From the NCBI GenBank assembly GCA_944349765.1, contig CALVNN010000004.1, positions 1 to 62,820 of the forward strand: DNA of 62,820 nucleotides, given 5' to 3'. Position numbers and translations under genes: made by a program. How positions within the stretch are numbered: the stretch's first letter is position 1; each line of letters starts with the position of its first letter. The DNA is from an uncultured Clostridia bacterium (GTDB lineage Bacteria; Bacillota; Clostridia; Christensenellales; UBA1242). The notes below the pieces were generated by a model that was not told the origin of the DNA, ran no database searches, and saw only the letters and a program-made list of their open reading frames with translations. Shown here piece after piece: positions 61,993 to 62,820 of this stretch.

Positions 61993-62820
61993 ATGACTAT
62001 ACAAGAAATTAACCAACGCATATTAAACTTAGGTTCCTTACCAAATGTTGATGTTTTTAATATGGGATATAGCCTGCTCGGACGTCCAATAATAGGGGTA
62101 CATATTGGCAGTTATTCAGGCAATCAAATATTGATTCAAGGTGCGATACACGCTAGAGAGTATATAACAGCTTTACTACTTATAGAACAGGTCAAATATT
62201 TGGCGACACAAAACTTTCAAGGTGGGTTTTATTTCATACCTATGATGAATCCTGATGGTGTGGATTTAGTGCTAGAGGGAACTAAAAACATACCTTGTGA
62301 AAAATTAAGACAATTCTTGTTACTTGTTAATGATGGCAGTGAAAATTTTAGTGAATGGAAAGCAAATGCTAACGCTGTAGATATGAATACTAATTTTGAT
62401 GCTGACTGGGGGCAAGGGACTCAAAATGTCTTTTGTCCGGCACCAGCTAATTTTGTTGGCTATTATCCTAATAGCGAGCGTGAGGTTCGAGAACTGGAAG
62501 AGTTTGCTCTTAAAAACCGTCCTCAAATGACCATATCTTACCATAGCCGAGGCGAAGTTATTTATTACGGATTCACAGGTCAGACTGATGAAGAATTAGC
62601 TAGAGACCTAAGGATAGCTAGTGAGATAGCGGAAGTTACTGGATATCAAGTATTGCGTTCTTATGGCAGTGTCGCCGGTTTTAAGGATTGGACGACAAGA
62701 GTTTTGAATGTTCCAGCAGTTACTATTGAAGTGGGTAATTTTAGTATGGGGTCGCCGATACCAGACCTGGGAACTGCTGCTGTCCATCGGGCTGCTGCTG
62801 GTTACCTTCCTGATAGCCGT
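61993..62820 (+). CDS. M14 family zinc carboxypeptidase (gamma-D-glutamyl-meso-diaminopimelate peptidase-like), 3' end outside the window
   Basis: Not in the ORF track because there is no stop in the window. AGGAGG RBS. My own translation gives MTIQEINQRIL...LIQGAIHAREYIT (HxxE zinc motif), IPMMNPDGV, TISYHSRGEVIYY and AVTIEVG. The last ~70 nt are compositionally aberrant. Confidence 0.8.
   Translation, partial: MTIQEINQRILNLGSLPNVDVFNMGYSLLGRPIIGVHIGSYSGNQILIQGAIHAREYITALLLIEQVKYLATQNFQGGFYFIPMMNPDGVDLVLEGTKNIPCEKLRQFLLLVNDGSENFSEWKANANAVDMNTNFDADWGQGTQNVFCPAPANFVGYYPNSEREVRELEEFALKNRPQMTISYHSRGEVIYYGFTGQTDEELARDLRIASEIAEVTGYQVLRSYGSVAGFKDWTTRVLNVPAVTIEVGNFSMGSPIPDLGTAAVHRAAAGYLPDSR

Overview
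A 62.8-kb chromosomal segment from a low-GC Firmicute (about one-third G+C). It uses the standard code: TGA is used as a stop at 3656-3658 and 37178-37180. Sporulation-lineage markers are present: yabP-yabQ-divIC, an RsfA-like regulator and a TasA-like protein with a SipW-type signal. Most of the window is core housekeeping. This includes a trmR/trhP-like tRNA-modification pair, nfeD-floA and the str operon (L7Ae-like, rpsL, rpsG, fusA, tuf). It also includes dut, mnmE, ychF, uppP, a T-box-led glyQS-gmk-metG operon, ogg, murG, tig-clpP-clpX, addBA, tyrS, tilS, glmS and rlmH. I recognised no rRNA, tRNA, CRISPR array, transposase, integrase or phage genes. Non-core content is three very large surface or secreted proteins, several lineage-specific membrane or coiled-coil ORFs, two tandem CPBP proteases and an ArsR-controlled mini-gene. 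The surface proteins are a partial Flg_new+LRR protein at the left edge, a 573-aa TasA-family protein and a 2663-aa bitopic giant. I did not find a clear multi-gene novel system. The observations most worth a second look are: (1) a glyQS T-box with a truncated Stem I and an apparent SD-sequestering platform instead of a terminator; (2) a TyrRS with an N-terminal DUF1858 CxxC domain and no T-box; (3) a TasA-family protein split by a ~400-aa insertion behind a perfect sigma-A consensus promoter; (4) an orphan GC-rich structured element between two terminators (candidate sRNA); (5) the monocistronic 8-kb giant gene. All calls come from by-eye motif recognition. No searches were run.
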